This document shows positions 49,310 through 61,192 of a DNA stretch of 64,000 nt, in pieces. Position numbers and translations under genes: made by a program. Each line of letters starts with the position of its first letter. The stretch's first letter is position 1. The notes under the pieces were generated by a model. That model had not been told where the DNA came from and searched no databases. It saw only the letters and a list, made by a program, of their open reading frames with translations. The stretch comes from Octopus vulgaris (Eukaryota), in contig OX597839.1 of NCBI GenBank assembly GCA_951406725.2, positions 2,604,001-2,668,000 of the forward strand, given 5' to 3'.

Positions 49310-50350
49310 CCATCAGTTATTCATAAAACCCCACCACAAGACACTGATAACAAGAGTTCATTATATTATAGACTATACAACTGTTATTCATAAAGCCACA
49401 TTACAAGGTACCAACAACAGAAGTCATTACAGACCACACATTTATTCATAAGTCTAACAACACCACACACCAACAGTTATGTATAAAGCCTCACAACACA
49501 AGGTATTAACAGCAGCAGTTGTGACAGACCACACAACAAATATGTATAAAACCACACCATATGGCAGTGCTTTTCAAACTTTTTGCTGGAGCGGAACCCC
49601 AAGGAAACATTCCACTGGCTCGAGGAACCCCTGTGCAATAATTTAATAGTCTTATGCACACATGTCTGCACAGGAGAATTAAAAATTACTGCCAATTTTA
49701 CCAGTTTTGTAACTTCTTGCAGAACCCTTGGACTGCACTGGCGGAACCCTAAGGTTCCGAGGAACCTTGGTTGAAAACCACTGCCATATGGCAATAACAA
49801 TACCTTATAGACCGCACAACAACACACATCACAAGCTACTAACAAATGACCAGTTATGATGAATAACAGTTATTTATAAAGTTGCATCACAAAGCACTAA
49901 CAACACCAACTGTTATAGACTACACATAGCACTAACAACATCAGTTATAGACCACACAACACTGTTCATTCATAAAGTTACACAACACACACACATCACC
50001 AGTTACTATAAACCACACAAGACTAGATTTTCATAATCCATGCCACAAGATGTTCACACCCCAAGTTTTTACAGACCACACATCATCATAAAGTACATAC
50101 AACACCAGTTATTTATCAAGCAATACAACACATACACACAAAACACCACTTACTATAAATCAAAGAACTAGCTATTTGTAATCCACACCGCAAGATAACC
50201 CACACCACAAAATTAATCCACACGCCAAGATTAATCCACACCAGAAGATCAAATCCACACAAGATAACCCATACCACAAGATTGCAACTCACACCCAAGA
50301 TTTTACTGATCACACAACACCATCTATTTATAGATTCACACCATAAAGTA
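49310..50350. repeat. Highly degenerate AC-rich minisatellite (TTATAGACCACACAAC / CATAAAG.CAC.ACACAAG units)
   Basis: Recurrent motifs; a 17-18-bp ACCACAAGATAATCCAC sub-array at about 50190-50300; interrupted by the hAT MITE. Confidence 0.7.
49565..49783. mobile_element. hAT (Charlie-like) MITE with perfect 8-bp TSD
   Basis: TIRs CAGTGCTTTTCAA/TTGAAAACCACTG; TSD CCATATGG at 49557-49564 and 49784-49791; internal GGAACCC repeats. Confidence 0.92.
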
Positions 50351-50988
50351 CACAAGCAAACTAACTACTTGAGTAATTTCCGAACAAACTAAGCTGAACA
50401 GGAGAAGAAAGGAAAAGTTACTTTTCGTGCAAGACGGCACATGTTCTCAAATTAATTATCAAAACCTATAAATAATGGTCAATCTTAATCGTTACATTTC
50501 ACTTCTTTTCTTTTGTTTTTTTTGTCGCTATATTTGGATTTTTTGTTTCTTTCGTATGTTTGTTTTGGACTCGATGAATATAGGACAACAACAGTCACAA
50601 CAAAAAATAAATTAAAAGGCCAAAAGCAATGTATTATAAAGACCACAAAAAATGGCCCTATAATAATTATATGTTTAAATATCTTTGATGAGTTATTGTT
50701 AATATTATGAATATAATTAACTCTTTAACATCCACTGCAAATAATTCTAGACACTTCAAATATCAACCAAGCACTTAGAGCTAGAAAACTGACAAAATTT
50801 GAAAGCTTGAATGAGCTCTAAGGTTTCCCTATGCTTAATCAACATTATTGCATAGCAGACAATGACAATATGAGACAGCTGTTGGACAAGTAGTAAGATG
50901 AAGTATTGGTCAACCAAAGACATTTGCCTAAGGTGCCATGCAGTGGAACTGAACCTGAAACTACACATGATTGTCAAATGAACATATA

Positions 50989-51384
50989 GGCGCAGAAGTG
51001 GCTGTGTGGTAAGTAGCTTGCTTACCAACTACATGGTTTTGGGTTCAGTCCCACTGTGTGGCATCTTGGGCAAATATCTTCTACTACAGCTGCAAGCCAA
51101 CCAAAGCCTTTTGAGTGGATTTTGGTAGACGGAAACTGAAAGAAGCCCGTTATATGTGTGTGTGTGTGTGTGTGTACATGTGTCTGTGTTTGTCCCCCCA
51201 CCAGCATTTGCCAACCGATGCTGGTGTGTTTACGTCCCTGTAACTTAGCGGTTCAGCAAAAGAGACAGATAGAATAAGTACTAGGCTTACAAAGAATGAC
51301 TCCTGGGTCGATTTATTTAACTAAAGGCAGTGCCCCAGCATGGCCACAGTCAAATGACTGAAACAAATAAAAATGTAAAAGAGT
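50989..51384 (+). mobile_element. SINE family A, full length
   Basis: Matches the family A consensus. Confidence 0.9.
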
Positions 51385-51444
51385 ATACTGACCACACTGC
51401 CATGCCTGAATATATATTATCATGGGTATGGTGATGTGTAAAAA

Positions 51445-52145
51445 GTACTTGTGCCAATGGCACAGTATGAGAAACAGTGCCGGCACCACATAAAAGGCAC
51501 CCATGCTGGTGCACTGAGAAAAGCACCCACACCAGCACCACATAAATTGCACTTGTGCCAGCACCACATTCAAAGCACCTGTGCTGATGCCACATTCAAA
51601 GCACCCGTGCCAGCACCACAAGAACAGGCACCCATTCAGGCCCCACATAAAAAGCACCCATGCCAGAAAAACTTTATAAGCACCGGTGCTGGTACCACAT
51701 AACAAGCAGCCATGCAAGTACCATGTAAAAAGCACCGCTGCCAGCATTAGTACACTTTGTAAAGTGGTTGGCATTAAGAAAGGCATTCAGCTGTAGAAAC
51801 TATGCCAGAGAAAACGATGGAACCTGGTGCAGCTCTTGCACATGCCAATTCCCATCAATTTGCCCAACTGTGGAGGCACATGGCCTAGTGGCTAGAGCAG
51901 CGGACTCGCGGTCGAGGGATTGTAGGTAATGGCGAACTTCTGTTGACTCTTTTGCCACAACTTTCTCTCACTCTTTCCTCCTGCATCTTGCAGCTCACCT
52001 GCGATGGACTGGCGTCCCGTCCAGGTGGGGAACCTATATGCCAAGAAACTGGGAAACCAGCCCTAATGAGCCAGGCATGGCTCAAGAAGGAATAAAACAA
52101 AACAAACAAATCTGCCCAACCCATGCAATGGAAAACAGACAGTAA
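51445..52145 (+). mobile_element. RTE 3'-UTR remnant with degenerate about 23-26-bp array, split by a SINE D copy (51870-52107)
   Basis: GTGCCAGCACCACATAAAAAGCACC-like units at 51450-51735; the D copy is flanked by AAT(T/C)TGCCCAAC direct repeats. Confidence 0.78.
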
Positions 52146-52866
52146 ATAATAATAATAATAATCCTTCCTACTAAAGGCACAAGGCCAGAAATTTGGTAGG
52201 AGGGGAGTAGTTGATTACATTGCATATGTCCATGTATGTGTAAATGTGTATCCAGGCTAAGAACAGAAACAGCACCAAGAAAATCAGAAGACCAGTGCTC
52301 TTCAAATAAACTTCTTTGTAATATTTGATCTGCACCAAGTTACAGGTGCTTCCTTGTCTTTCCCGGTGTCAGAAAAGCAATGAAACATTGATTGGACTAT
52401 TAAAAATCTGTAACTGATTGTCATAAAATAATAAATATTCAAACACACACACACACACATCTTATGGTAGTAGGAGGCAGCAAATCAGATTTCCTTTCAT
52501 TTTTACATTTCTTTCCTCATAAGTAATATGTTAAACAGTAGTGAAAATAAACACATAAAAAAAAGGTTAATGTTATTATTACTATTATTATTATTACATA
52601 ATTTTTTTTTTTTCCTTTTGATCTTACCTGTTTGTTTCTTGTGACTAGCTGGGAGTTTTACACAGACACACTTCAAATGGACAGGTCAAAAACTGCTGCT
52701 TGTAATAATCCCAAGAGGCAAATGGAGGCATTTCACTTTACTGCAAAATATCAAAATAATATGGAAATAACATGAGAAAACAGTCAATAAATACTTGGGA
52801 AAAATTGATGAATTTCAAATGTTAAGTATGTCTGCCTATTTGTGAAATTAATAATTGCAAACATAT

Positions 52867-53031
52867 GGCGCAGGAGTGGCTGTGTGGTAAGTAGCTTGTT
52901 TACCAACCACATGGTTCCAGGTTCAGCCCCACTGCGTGGCACCTTGGGCAAGTGTCTTCTACTATAGCCTCGGGCTGACCAAAGCTTTTTGAGTGGATTT
53001 GGTAGACGGAAACTGAAAGAAGCTCATCGTA

Positions 53032-53097
<66 letters not shown>

Positions 53098-53319
53098 TGT
53101 GTGTGTTTGTGTGTCTGTGTTTGTCCCCCTAGCATTGCTTGACAACCGATGCTGGTGTGTTTATGTCCCCGTCACTTAGCGGTTCGGCAAAAGAGACTGA
53201 TAGAATAAGTACAGGGCTTACAAAAGAATAAATCCCAGGGTCGAGTTGCTCGATTAAAAGGTGGTGCTCCAGCATGGCCGCAGTCAAATGACTGAAACAA
53301 GTAAAAGAGTAAAGAGTAA
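52867..53319 (+). mobile_element. SINE family A, full length
   Basis: Matches the family A consensus with a long internal (TA)n. Confidence 0.92.
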
Positions 53320-53494
53320 ACATCATCATTGTTGTCAATCATCGTCGTTTTTCAAATTTTGCATTTTTCCATGGTGGCATGAGTCTGATGAGATCTTGTG
53401 GTGAAGTTTTCTCTATCCAGAGGCCCTCTCTGATGTTGAACCCTACTTATATGTTCCAAAGTGAGGTATTTTTTTTATCTTGTGTCTTTGCACA

Positions 53495-53658
53495 TCAAAC
53501 AGAGTGGTTGGTGTAAGGAAGGGCATCCAGCTGTAGAAACCAAGCCAAAACAGACTGGATACTGGTGTAGCTCTCTGGCTTAAAGGTTCCAGTCAAACCT
53601 TCTAACACCCATGCCAGCATGGAAAACAGACACGAAATGACAATGATGATGATGATGA
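53495..53658 (+). mobile_element. RTE 3'-UTR remnant (family E)
   Basis: GAGTGGTTGGTGTAAGGAAGGGCATCCAGCTGTAGAAAC...CCCATGCCAGCATGG..(GAT)n. Confidence 0.8.
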
Positions 53659-54512
53659 GATTATATATATGTGTGTGTGTGTATAAATATATATGTGTGT
53701 ATACATATATATATATGTGTATATATATATATATACATACATATATATATATATGTGTGTGTGTATATATATGTACATATATATGTGTGTGTTTATGTGT
53801 ATATATATATATATATGTGTGTGTGCACACATGATACACACAGATCTATACACACACATACAAATAAATAGAAAAGTACATATATATATAATCATATGCA
53901 TACACACACACATACACAATTGTTAAATGAAGCCCTATTCCTCACTCCCACACAGACAAACACACAGCTGTTTTTCAAAACCACAATAAAACATTTATGC
54001 AGTGTGAATTGAAGTTTTAATATAGTACACAATAACGAAGACAGGCTCATTAACATACATTTATATTCCAGGACCACTAAACGCTATTTGCTGCCAACAT
54101 AATTCTTTATTGTTACTCCAAGCATGGTGGAAGGTTCTGGCATGGAAAAGTAGAGAGTAATTATTATTCAACATGTTACTGTTGGCATTGTTGTTTAAGC
54201 TGGTGTTTCTTGTTTCTCACAGCCAGGATCAGTGGCATCATCATCATCAGCATCAGTATCATCACCATCTAATGTCTGTTGTCCATGCAGGCATGGGTTG
54301 GTCAGTTTGACCAGGGCTGGTAAGCTGAAGGGAACACCAGATTCTGGTCTGATTTTTTGGCATGGTTTTTCTATTGCTGGGTGCCTTTCCTAACACCAAC
54401 CACTCCAAGAGTGCTTCTATGTGTCACCCCCACGGGTGCCAGTTATGTGACACCAGCACCAGTCACATTGTTTCCATGACGCCCAACGCTCAATGGTGCT
54501 TTTTACATGCCT

Positions 54513-54740
54513 ATTTCTTTACTACCCACAAGAGGCTAAACACGGAGGGGACAAACAAGGACAACAAACAGATTAAGTCGATTACATCAACCCCAGTGCG
54601 TAACTGGTACTTATTTAATTGACCCCGAAAGGATGAAAGGCAAAGTCGACCTTAGCGGAATTTGAACTCAGAATGTAACGGCAGACGAAATACGGCTGCG
54701 CATTTCACCCGGCGTGCTAACGTTTCTGCCAGCTCGCCGC
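54513..54740 (-). mobile_element. SINE family B with 14-bp TSD, inserted in a minus-strand family E remnant (54238-54755)
   Basis: TSD GCTTTTTACATGCC at 54498-54511 and 54739-54752. Confidence 0.9.
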
Positions 54741-54849
54741 TTTTTACATGCCACAAGAAACTCTCAGAATCTTTCCAGCTTTATTTTATTTTTAAATAAA
54801 TATTGTTTAACTCTATTTGCTTATTTATTTAACTATTATTGTTATTATT

Positions 54850-55185
54850 GTTAACCTGAAGAGTGACTATAATTTTAAATTGAATTGATTTCCGATTAAA
54901 TTTAAATTTAATTGTAATTCGAATTTAATTATAGCCATGAAACGTACGTAATTTTTTTTACTTATTATATATTGATTATTCATTTTTATACTTTTTGTGA
55001 TCTAGTTATATGTTTTAAAAAATATATTTTATTTTTTATTTCAATTTGGTTTATATCTATCATTGTTTGAATTGCATAATAGTGGTTTTTCTCTAATTTA
55101 TATATTATATATTTATATTGTGAAATTTGATTTAATACTAAATTGAATTTTTCCCTGTAAGCTTGGAGTTATACTCCCTAGTATT
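54850..55185 (+). mobile_element. AT-rich PLE-terminus-like element with hammerhead motif having a long stem II
   Basis: CTGAAGA (54856) GTGACTATAATT...AATTATAGCCAT GAAAC GTA (54939-54946); the 3' part is homologous to the reverse complement of 2090-2215. Confidence 0.65.
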
Positions 55186-55188
55186 ATA

Positions 55189-55233
<45 letters not shown>

Positions 55234-56589
55234 TAAGTATATACATATATATGTATGTGTGTGTTTGACTACCAACTCCACTCATAAGGCTTTGGTCAGC
55301 CCAAGGCAATAGTTGAAGACACTTGCCCAAGGTGCCATGCAGTGGGACTGAATATGGAACCATGTAGTTGGGAAGCAAGCTTCTTACCACACAGCTATGC
55401 CTGCACCTATATATGTATGTACATACTTATTCTTCTCAGACGTACCTGGATCCCACCTAAACGAGATAAGAAAAGAGGAAGGTTTTGGCACTAGGGCTGA
55501 CCATTAACCCCATTCTGGTAACATAATACCAAAAACAAGATGACATAGGTAAACTACTTTTATTGTTTTTTAATGCAGAGAAACAGATTTACGAAAGAGT
55601 TAATAAAATGCCAAAAGGAGGGGAAAGAAATATTAGTGTTGAAAAGGTTAAATATGTCATTCACTGCTCCCACCATCACCACCACCACCACCACAATCCT
55701 CATCAACATTACCGCCATTGAATTACCATCATCATCATTACCATCATAATCATCATCATCACAACAACCACCACCACAGCTACATCCTATACTGCTACCA
55801 ATGTCATAAAAATCCTTTCACCACCACCACTACTACTACCTGTACTGCTAACATTATCATCAACATTCCTTCATCATCACCACCACCATCACCACCACCA
55901 CCACCACCAACACTAGCATCCCATCTCGTCCAAAACAAACAATTCAATGGAAAAAAAACTAAAACAAAAGCATAAAATATCCCAAAATTTAAAACAAGAA
56001 AAAACAATACAACTTTGAGACTTTGAGAGGATTTTTTTTATCAAGGAAGTGCCAAAATGCCCTAACCTTTAACAACATCAAATATAGGTGAATCTTCAGA
56101 AATGTTCCCTAATGCCAAAATTGAAAACATTTTCCCAAAATCACTGTCATTGTTTAGTAGCTAAATGATAACTCAAGTGGCAGGAATTTCACAACACATT
56201 CTCTCTCTCTCTCTCTCCCGCATATAATAATAGTATAGCAACAGTATTTTACGAGGAACTGTAGAGGTAATGGTGGTAGTGAGGAGGGAATACACATGCA
56301 TACATATGCCAACACATGCATGTGCAAACACATACATACATACATATATATATATATATACATATATAAACTAGATAGTGCAGACGTGCAAACACTTACA
56401 CATCTCTAGGCAGTAACACACACACAAACATGTCAGATACACATGTACTTTCACCAGCATATAGAAGATAAATATCATACACACAGACACACACACACAC
56501 GCAACAAAAGCCATAGTGACATTTGGAGAAACTCAGATGAGTGGAAAACCCAACCAACACCACCACCAAAGACCACACCAATATAAATA

Positions 56590-56618
56590 TACAAAGTACA
56601 TACATAAACATATAAGCA

Positions 56619-56652
<34 letters not shown>

Positions 56653-56675
56653 CATATATACATATATATATACAC

Positions 56676-56707
<32 letters not shown>

Positions 56708-56740
56708 ATATATATATGTATGTATATATATATATGTATG

Positions 56741-56773
<33 letters not shown>

Positions 56774-56800
56774 GTATATATATGTATATATATATAATAT

Positions 56801-56860
<60 letters not shown>

Positions 56861-56912
56861 GTACACGTACACACATACATAGACATATATATGCACAGAT
56901 ACATTTATACAT

Positions 56913-56944
<32 letters not shown>

Positions 56945-57277
56945 CTATACACATACATATATACACATCCACACATATACAGATACACATACATATATAC
57001 ATACACACACACACATACATGTGTGTACATATATATGTGTGTGTGTGTGTGTATATATATATGTATGTATGTGTGTGTGTGTATATATGTGTATGTGTGT
57101 GTGTATGTACATATATATGTATGTGTATATATATTTTCTCTCCTTGATTCTTTCTGTGTTCCTTTCTGTGGAAGAGCGTATGCTCGAAACGTTAAAGACT
57201 TCTTCACTTCCCGAGCGTTAATCTATAATACATCTGTTTGTTGACTACACCACTTCTCTTTGTGTTAAGTTTTTTTG

Positions 57278-57314
<37 letters not shown>

Positions 57315-57475
57315 ATACACACACACATATACATATGCATATACATATATATATATGTACATACATATATATACACACAAATATATATATTTATATGTAT
57401 ATACAGACACACACATATATATATATACATACATACACACACATATATATATATATACACATATATACATACATA
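56590..57475. repeat. Compound (TA)n/(CA)n/(TG)n microsatellite block
   Basis: Directly visible; hosts one PLE-like insertion (57133-57280) and borders another (57478-57682). Confidence 0.9.
57133..57280 (+). mobile_element. PLE-terminus-like repeat with hammerhead motif (57162-57197), A6U core variant
   Basis: CTTT-CTGTGGA-A-GAGC-gtat-GCTC-GAAAC-GTT-AAAG; flanked by (TA)n on both sides. Confidence 0.7.
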
Positions 57476-57477
57476 TA

Positions 57478-57682
57478 CTTTATTTAAAGCAGCAGAAAAT
57501 TCAACAAAACCTGTTACTCTGAGTTTCCCGTTGCAAAAACTGTCCGATGAACGGCAACGGGAAACTCAGAGTAACAGGTTTTGTTGAATTTTCTGCTGCT
57601 TTAAATAAAGCATATTACTCTACCACTGGTATTTGAGTACTCTTTTTTCCACCTTGTTTCACATTTATGTGTTTACTCCGGT
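57478..57682 (+). mobile_element. Fold-back PLE-terminus-like element with perfect 57-bp inverted repeat
   Basis: 57478-57534 is the exact reverse complement of 57554-57610; core-like CCGATGA-A-CG-GCAA-CG-G-GAAAC-TC at 57544-57567. Confidence 0.75.
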
Positions 57683-57774
57683 ATACATACATATATATAG
57701 ATACACATATATAGATACGCACACATATATATATCATCATCATCATCATCATCGTTTAACGTCCGCTTTCCATG

Positions 57775-57807
<33 letters not shown>

Positions 57808-58587
57808 CATATATACATATATATATTTACTTGTTGCAGTCATTTGACTGCGGCCATGCTGGAGCATTGCCTTTAGTCGAGTAAATCGACCCCAGGACTT
57901 ATGAAATACTATGTTATAGATGTACACTCACCCACACATATGTAGCTATATATATATGTGTGTGTGTGTGTGTGCGTGCATGCGTGTGTGTGTGTGTGTG
58001 GTGTGAGAAACACAAACAAAAAAAACCTCTGAGAGACCAATAATGTCACTCTTTAACTGGCCGCAATCGACACTATGAATATTCTGACATTTATTTCAGT
58101 CCGTAAAGATTTCCTGAACTTAAAGGTTTGTCGTAGTTTAACAGCAGGAGATGAGGTGCGGTGTGGGCAACGAGTGAGCGTAGTGTAGTGAGGTATTTTT
58201 CTATTTTTATTGTTGTTTGGGGCCTTTTTTTTTATGTTTTTGTCTCTGTATGTGTGAGTATGATGTCGGTGCTTTTCAGACGTATTGTTTAGCAAGATCT
58301 TATTTCAAGAATTCCGGAGTTGTAATATTATTAGTATTAGTGTAACTACTCTTATTTATTACTATTACTGCTGCTGTTGTTGTTGTTGCGGCTGCTTTTT
58401 GCTTGTGTTTGCTTTGGTTTTGTCTACTATCATGAGATTTGATCTGAAATAGCACATGTTGTCATGCATGTGTGTGTGTGTGTGTGTGTGTGTGTCTGTG
58501 TGTGCATTTAATTGTATTTGAGAATTACGATGGCCATTCATATACACACACACACACATACAAAGACATATACATATATACATATAT

Positions 58588-58817
58588 ATTTCTTCACTAC
58601 CCACAAGGAGCTAAACACAGAGGAGACAAACAAGGACAGACAAAGGGATTAAGTCGATTACATCGACTCCAGTGCGTAACTGGTACTTAATTTATCGGCC
58701 CCGGAAGGATGAAAGGCAAAGTTGACCTTGGAGGAATTTGAACTCAGAACGCAACGGCAGACGAAATACAGCAACGCATTTCGCCCGGGGTGCTAACGTT
58801 TCTGCCAGCTCGCCGTC
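58588..58817 (-). mobile_element. SINE family B, full length
   Basis: Reverse complement of 18042-18261. Confidence 0.9.
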
Positions 58818-58840
58818 TTCAATACATACATACATATATA

Positions 58841-59015
58841 TTTTAGCTAAGATCAAAGTGTAGTATCTGTTCTTATCAGCTTAATATCTGATATGGTCCC
58901 TATTTGGGGCCATTGATATTAAACTGATTTTTAGAACAAGGCAAAGTGTTAGGGGCTTGCTCTGACTTTGCCATGGGTTGGCCTGGTATTGCAGTGCTTC
59001 CAGGATTCAGCCCAT
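58841..59015 (+). ncRNA. U2: U2 spliceosomal snRNA copy lacking the first about 14 nt (probably a pseudogene)
   Basis: TTTTAGCTAAGATCAAAGTGTAGTATCTGTTCTTATCAGCTTAATATCTGATA includes the branch-point recognition sequence GTAGTA. Sm-like GATTTTTAG at 58926 and stem-loop IV CCTGG-TATTGCAGTGCTT-CCAGG are present. The 5' ATCGCTTCTCGGCC is replaced by a TA/CA repeat. Confidence 0.9.
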
Positions 59016-59059
59016 CTTTTAACCTAATAAAGAAACATATGTATATATACATATGTATT

Positions 59060-59225
59060 AAGAATCCACTCCACATTGTCAAGTGGTTGGCAATTGGAAG
59101 GGCATCCAGCTGTAAAAACCATGCCAAAACAAACACAGAAACCTGGTGTAGTCTTCAGCCTGGTCAGCTCCTGCCAAACCATCCAACCCATGCCAGCATA
59201 GAAGGTGGACGTATGAAGATGATGA
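59060..59225 (+). mobile_element. RTE 3'-UTR remnant (family E)
   Basis: AAGTGGTTGGCAATTGGAAGGGCATCCAGCTGTAAAAAC...CCCATGCCAGCAT. Confidence 0.75.
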
Positions 59226-59234
59226 TATATATGA

Positions 59235-59600
59235 TGTAGCTGTGTGGTAAGAAGCTTGCTTCCCAATGACACACATCCAGGTTCAGTCCCCATGCACATC
59301 ACATTTGGCAAGTGGATTTGTTAGACGGAAACTGAAAGAATCCCATCATATATAGGAAAGGGTGCTGGAAAGTTCCTGACTTTAAGGGTATCGCAAAAGG
59401 CCTGGTTGGAAGCCCAAACTTTGAAGTTCTGCTGTTGGTGTCTACATTCCCGTAACTTAGCGGTTCAGCAAAAGAGACCGATAGAATACGTATGAGGCTT
59501 AAAAGAAAGAAGTTCTGGGATCAATTTGTTTGACTAAAACCTTTCAAGACAGTGCCCCAGCATGGGCACAGTCAAATGATTGAAACAAGTAAAAAGATTA
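59235..59600 (+). mobile_element. SINE family A, diverged, with an unrelated about 70-bp insert (59355-59425)
   Basis: Family A head and tail; the insert GGGTGCTGGAAAGTTCCTG resembles a mariner terminal sequence (weak). Confidence 0.7.
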
Positions 59601-59698
59601 AAAAAAAAAGATAAAATGATAAATATATATATATATATATATGATCACTGATATATTATCATCATCATCGTTTAACGTCTGCCTTCCATACTAGTATG

Positions 59699-59740
<42 letters not shown>

Positions 59741-59744
59741 GAAG

Positions 59745-60093
59745 CAAGCGTGACCGTCTGCCAGCCTCGTCTGGCACCTGTGTCGGTGGCACATAAAAAA
59801 CACCATCCGAGCGTGGCCGTCTGCCAGCCTCGTCTGGCACCTGTGTCGGTGGCACATAAAAAGCACCATTCGAGCATGACTGTCTGCCAGCCTCGTCTGG
59901 CACCTGTGTCGGTGGCACATAAAATCACCCACTACACTCACGGAGTGGTTGGCGTTAGGAAGGGCATCCAGCTGTAGAAACACTGCCAGATCTGACTGGC
60001 CTGGTACAGCCTTCGGGCTTGCCAGACCCCAGTTGAACCGTCCAACCCATGCTAGCATGGAAAGCGGATGTTAAACGATGATGATGATGATGA
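59745..60093 (+). mobile_element. RTE 3'-UTR remnant with 3 x 63-bp tandem repeat and (GAT)n tail
   Basis: CTGCCAGCCTCGTCTGGCACCTGTGTCGGTGGCACATAAAA at 59758, 59821 and 59884. Confidence 0.88.
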
Positions 60094-60789
60094 TATATAT
60101 ATATATATATATATATGGGCAGAGCAGACTCTGGAGAGAGAGAGGGAAGTCAATGAAAGGTTGCAAGCAGTGACAAAAGAACTTTGACTAACAAACAACT
60201 GACAGATTGTTTAACTAAGCAAACAATCAATTAGTTGGTTGGTTAAATATTTAACTAACTGATTAACGAAAAAGTGATATTGAACCAGTGTGTATAATTA
60301 TTTATTGATGTAATGACCCTCCCAAGACACGAGATATGTATGTATGTCTCTTCTACTTGTTAATTATTATAAATCTTCCACTGAGAAGGGAGCCGGTTTC
60401 CAACAAAGATACAAAGTCTTGCATATTTTTACTGTTCTACTCACAAATTGGACTTGTAATGTACGAATCAGCCAGTCAATTTTTCTTTCTGAAAATGTAT
60501 GTTTGTATGTATATGTGCATGTATGTCATTATTCAATTTTATTTCAAGATTTCTTGTCAATAAAGAGCTGCTTTCTAACCTAGATCCAAGGCCCCTTCAT
60601 TGGAATTTCACCAACATAAACAGGGTATTTGTGCATGTATGCATATATGTGTGCAGTATTTGGAGTCTGTGCATGTGCAGATTTGTATATTTTGTTTTAT
60701 ATATGTATTCTCATGCATATTAGTTGCATGTCTGAATATGCACATATATACTTAAATGATAAACTTCTGAAAAGTTTTACAAATTTTTA

Positions 60790-61192
60790 CAGGAGTAGCT
60801 GTGTGGTAAGTAGCTTGCTTACCAACCACATGGTTCCGGGTTCAGTCCCACTGCGTGGCATCTTGGGCAAGTGTCTTCTACTATAGCCTCGGGCCAACCA
60901 AAGCCTTGTGAGTAGATTTGGTAGACGGAAACTGAAAGAAGCCCGTCATATATATGTATATATATATATATGTGTGTGTGTGTTTGTGTGTGTGTGTTTG
61001 TCCCCCTAGCATTGTTTGACAACCGATGCTGGTGTGTTTACGTCCCCGTCACTTAGCGGTTCGGCAAAAGAGACCAATAAAATAAGTACTGGACTTGCAA
61101 AGAATAAGTCCCGGGGTCGATTTGCTCGACTAAAGGCGGTGCTCCAGCATGGCTGCAGTCAAATGACTGAAACAAGTAAAAGAGTAAAGAGT
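60790..61192 (+). mobile_element. SINE family A, near full length
   Basis: Matches the family A consensus. Confidence 0.9.
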
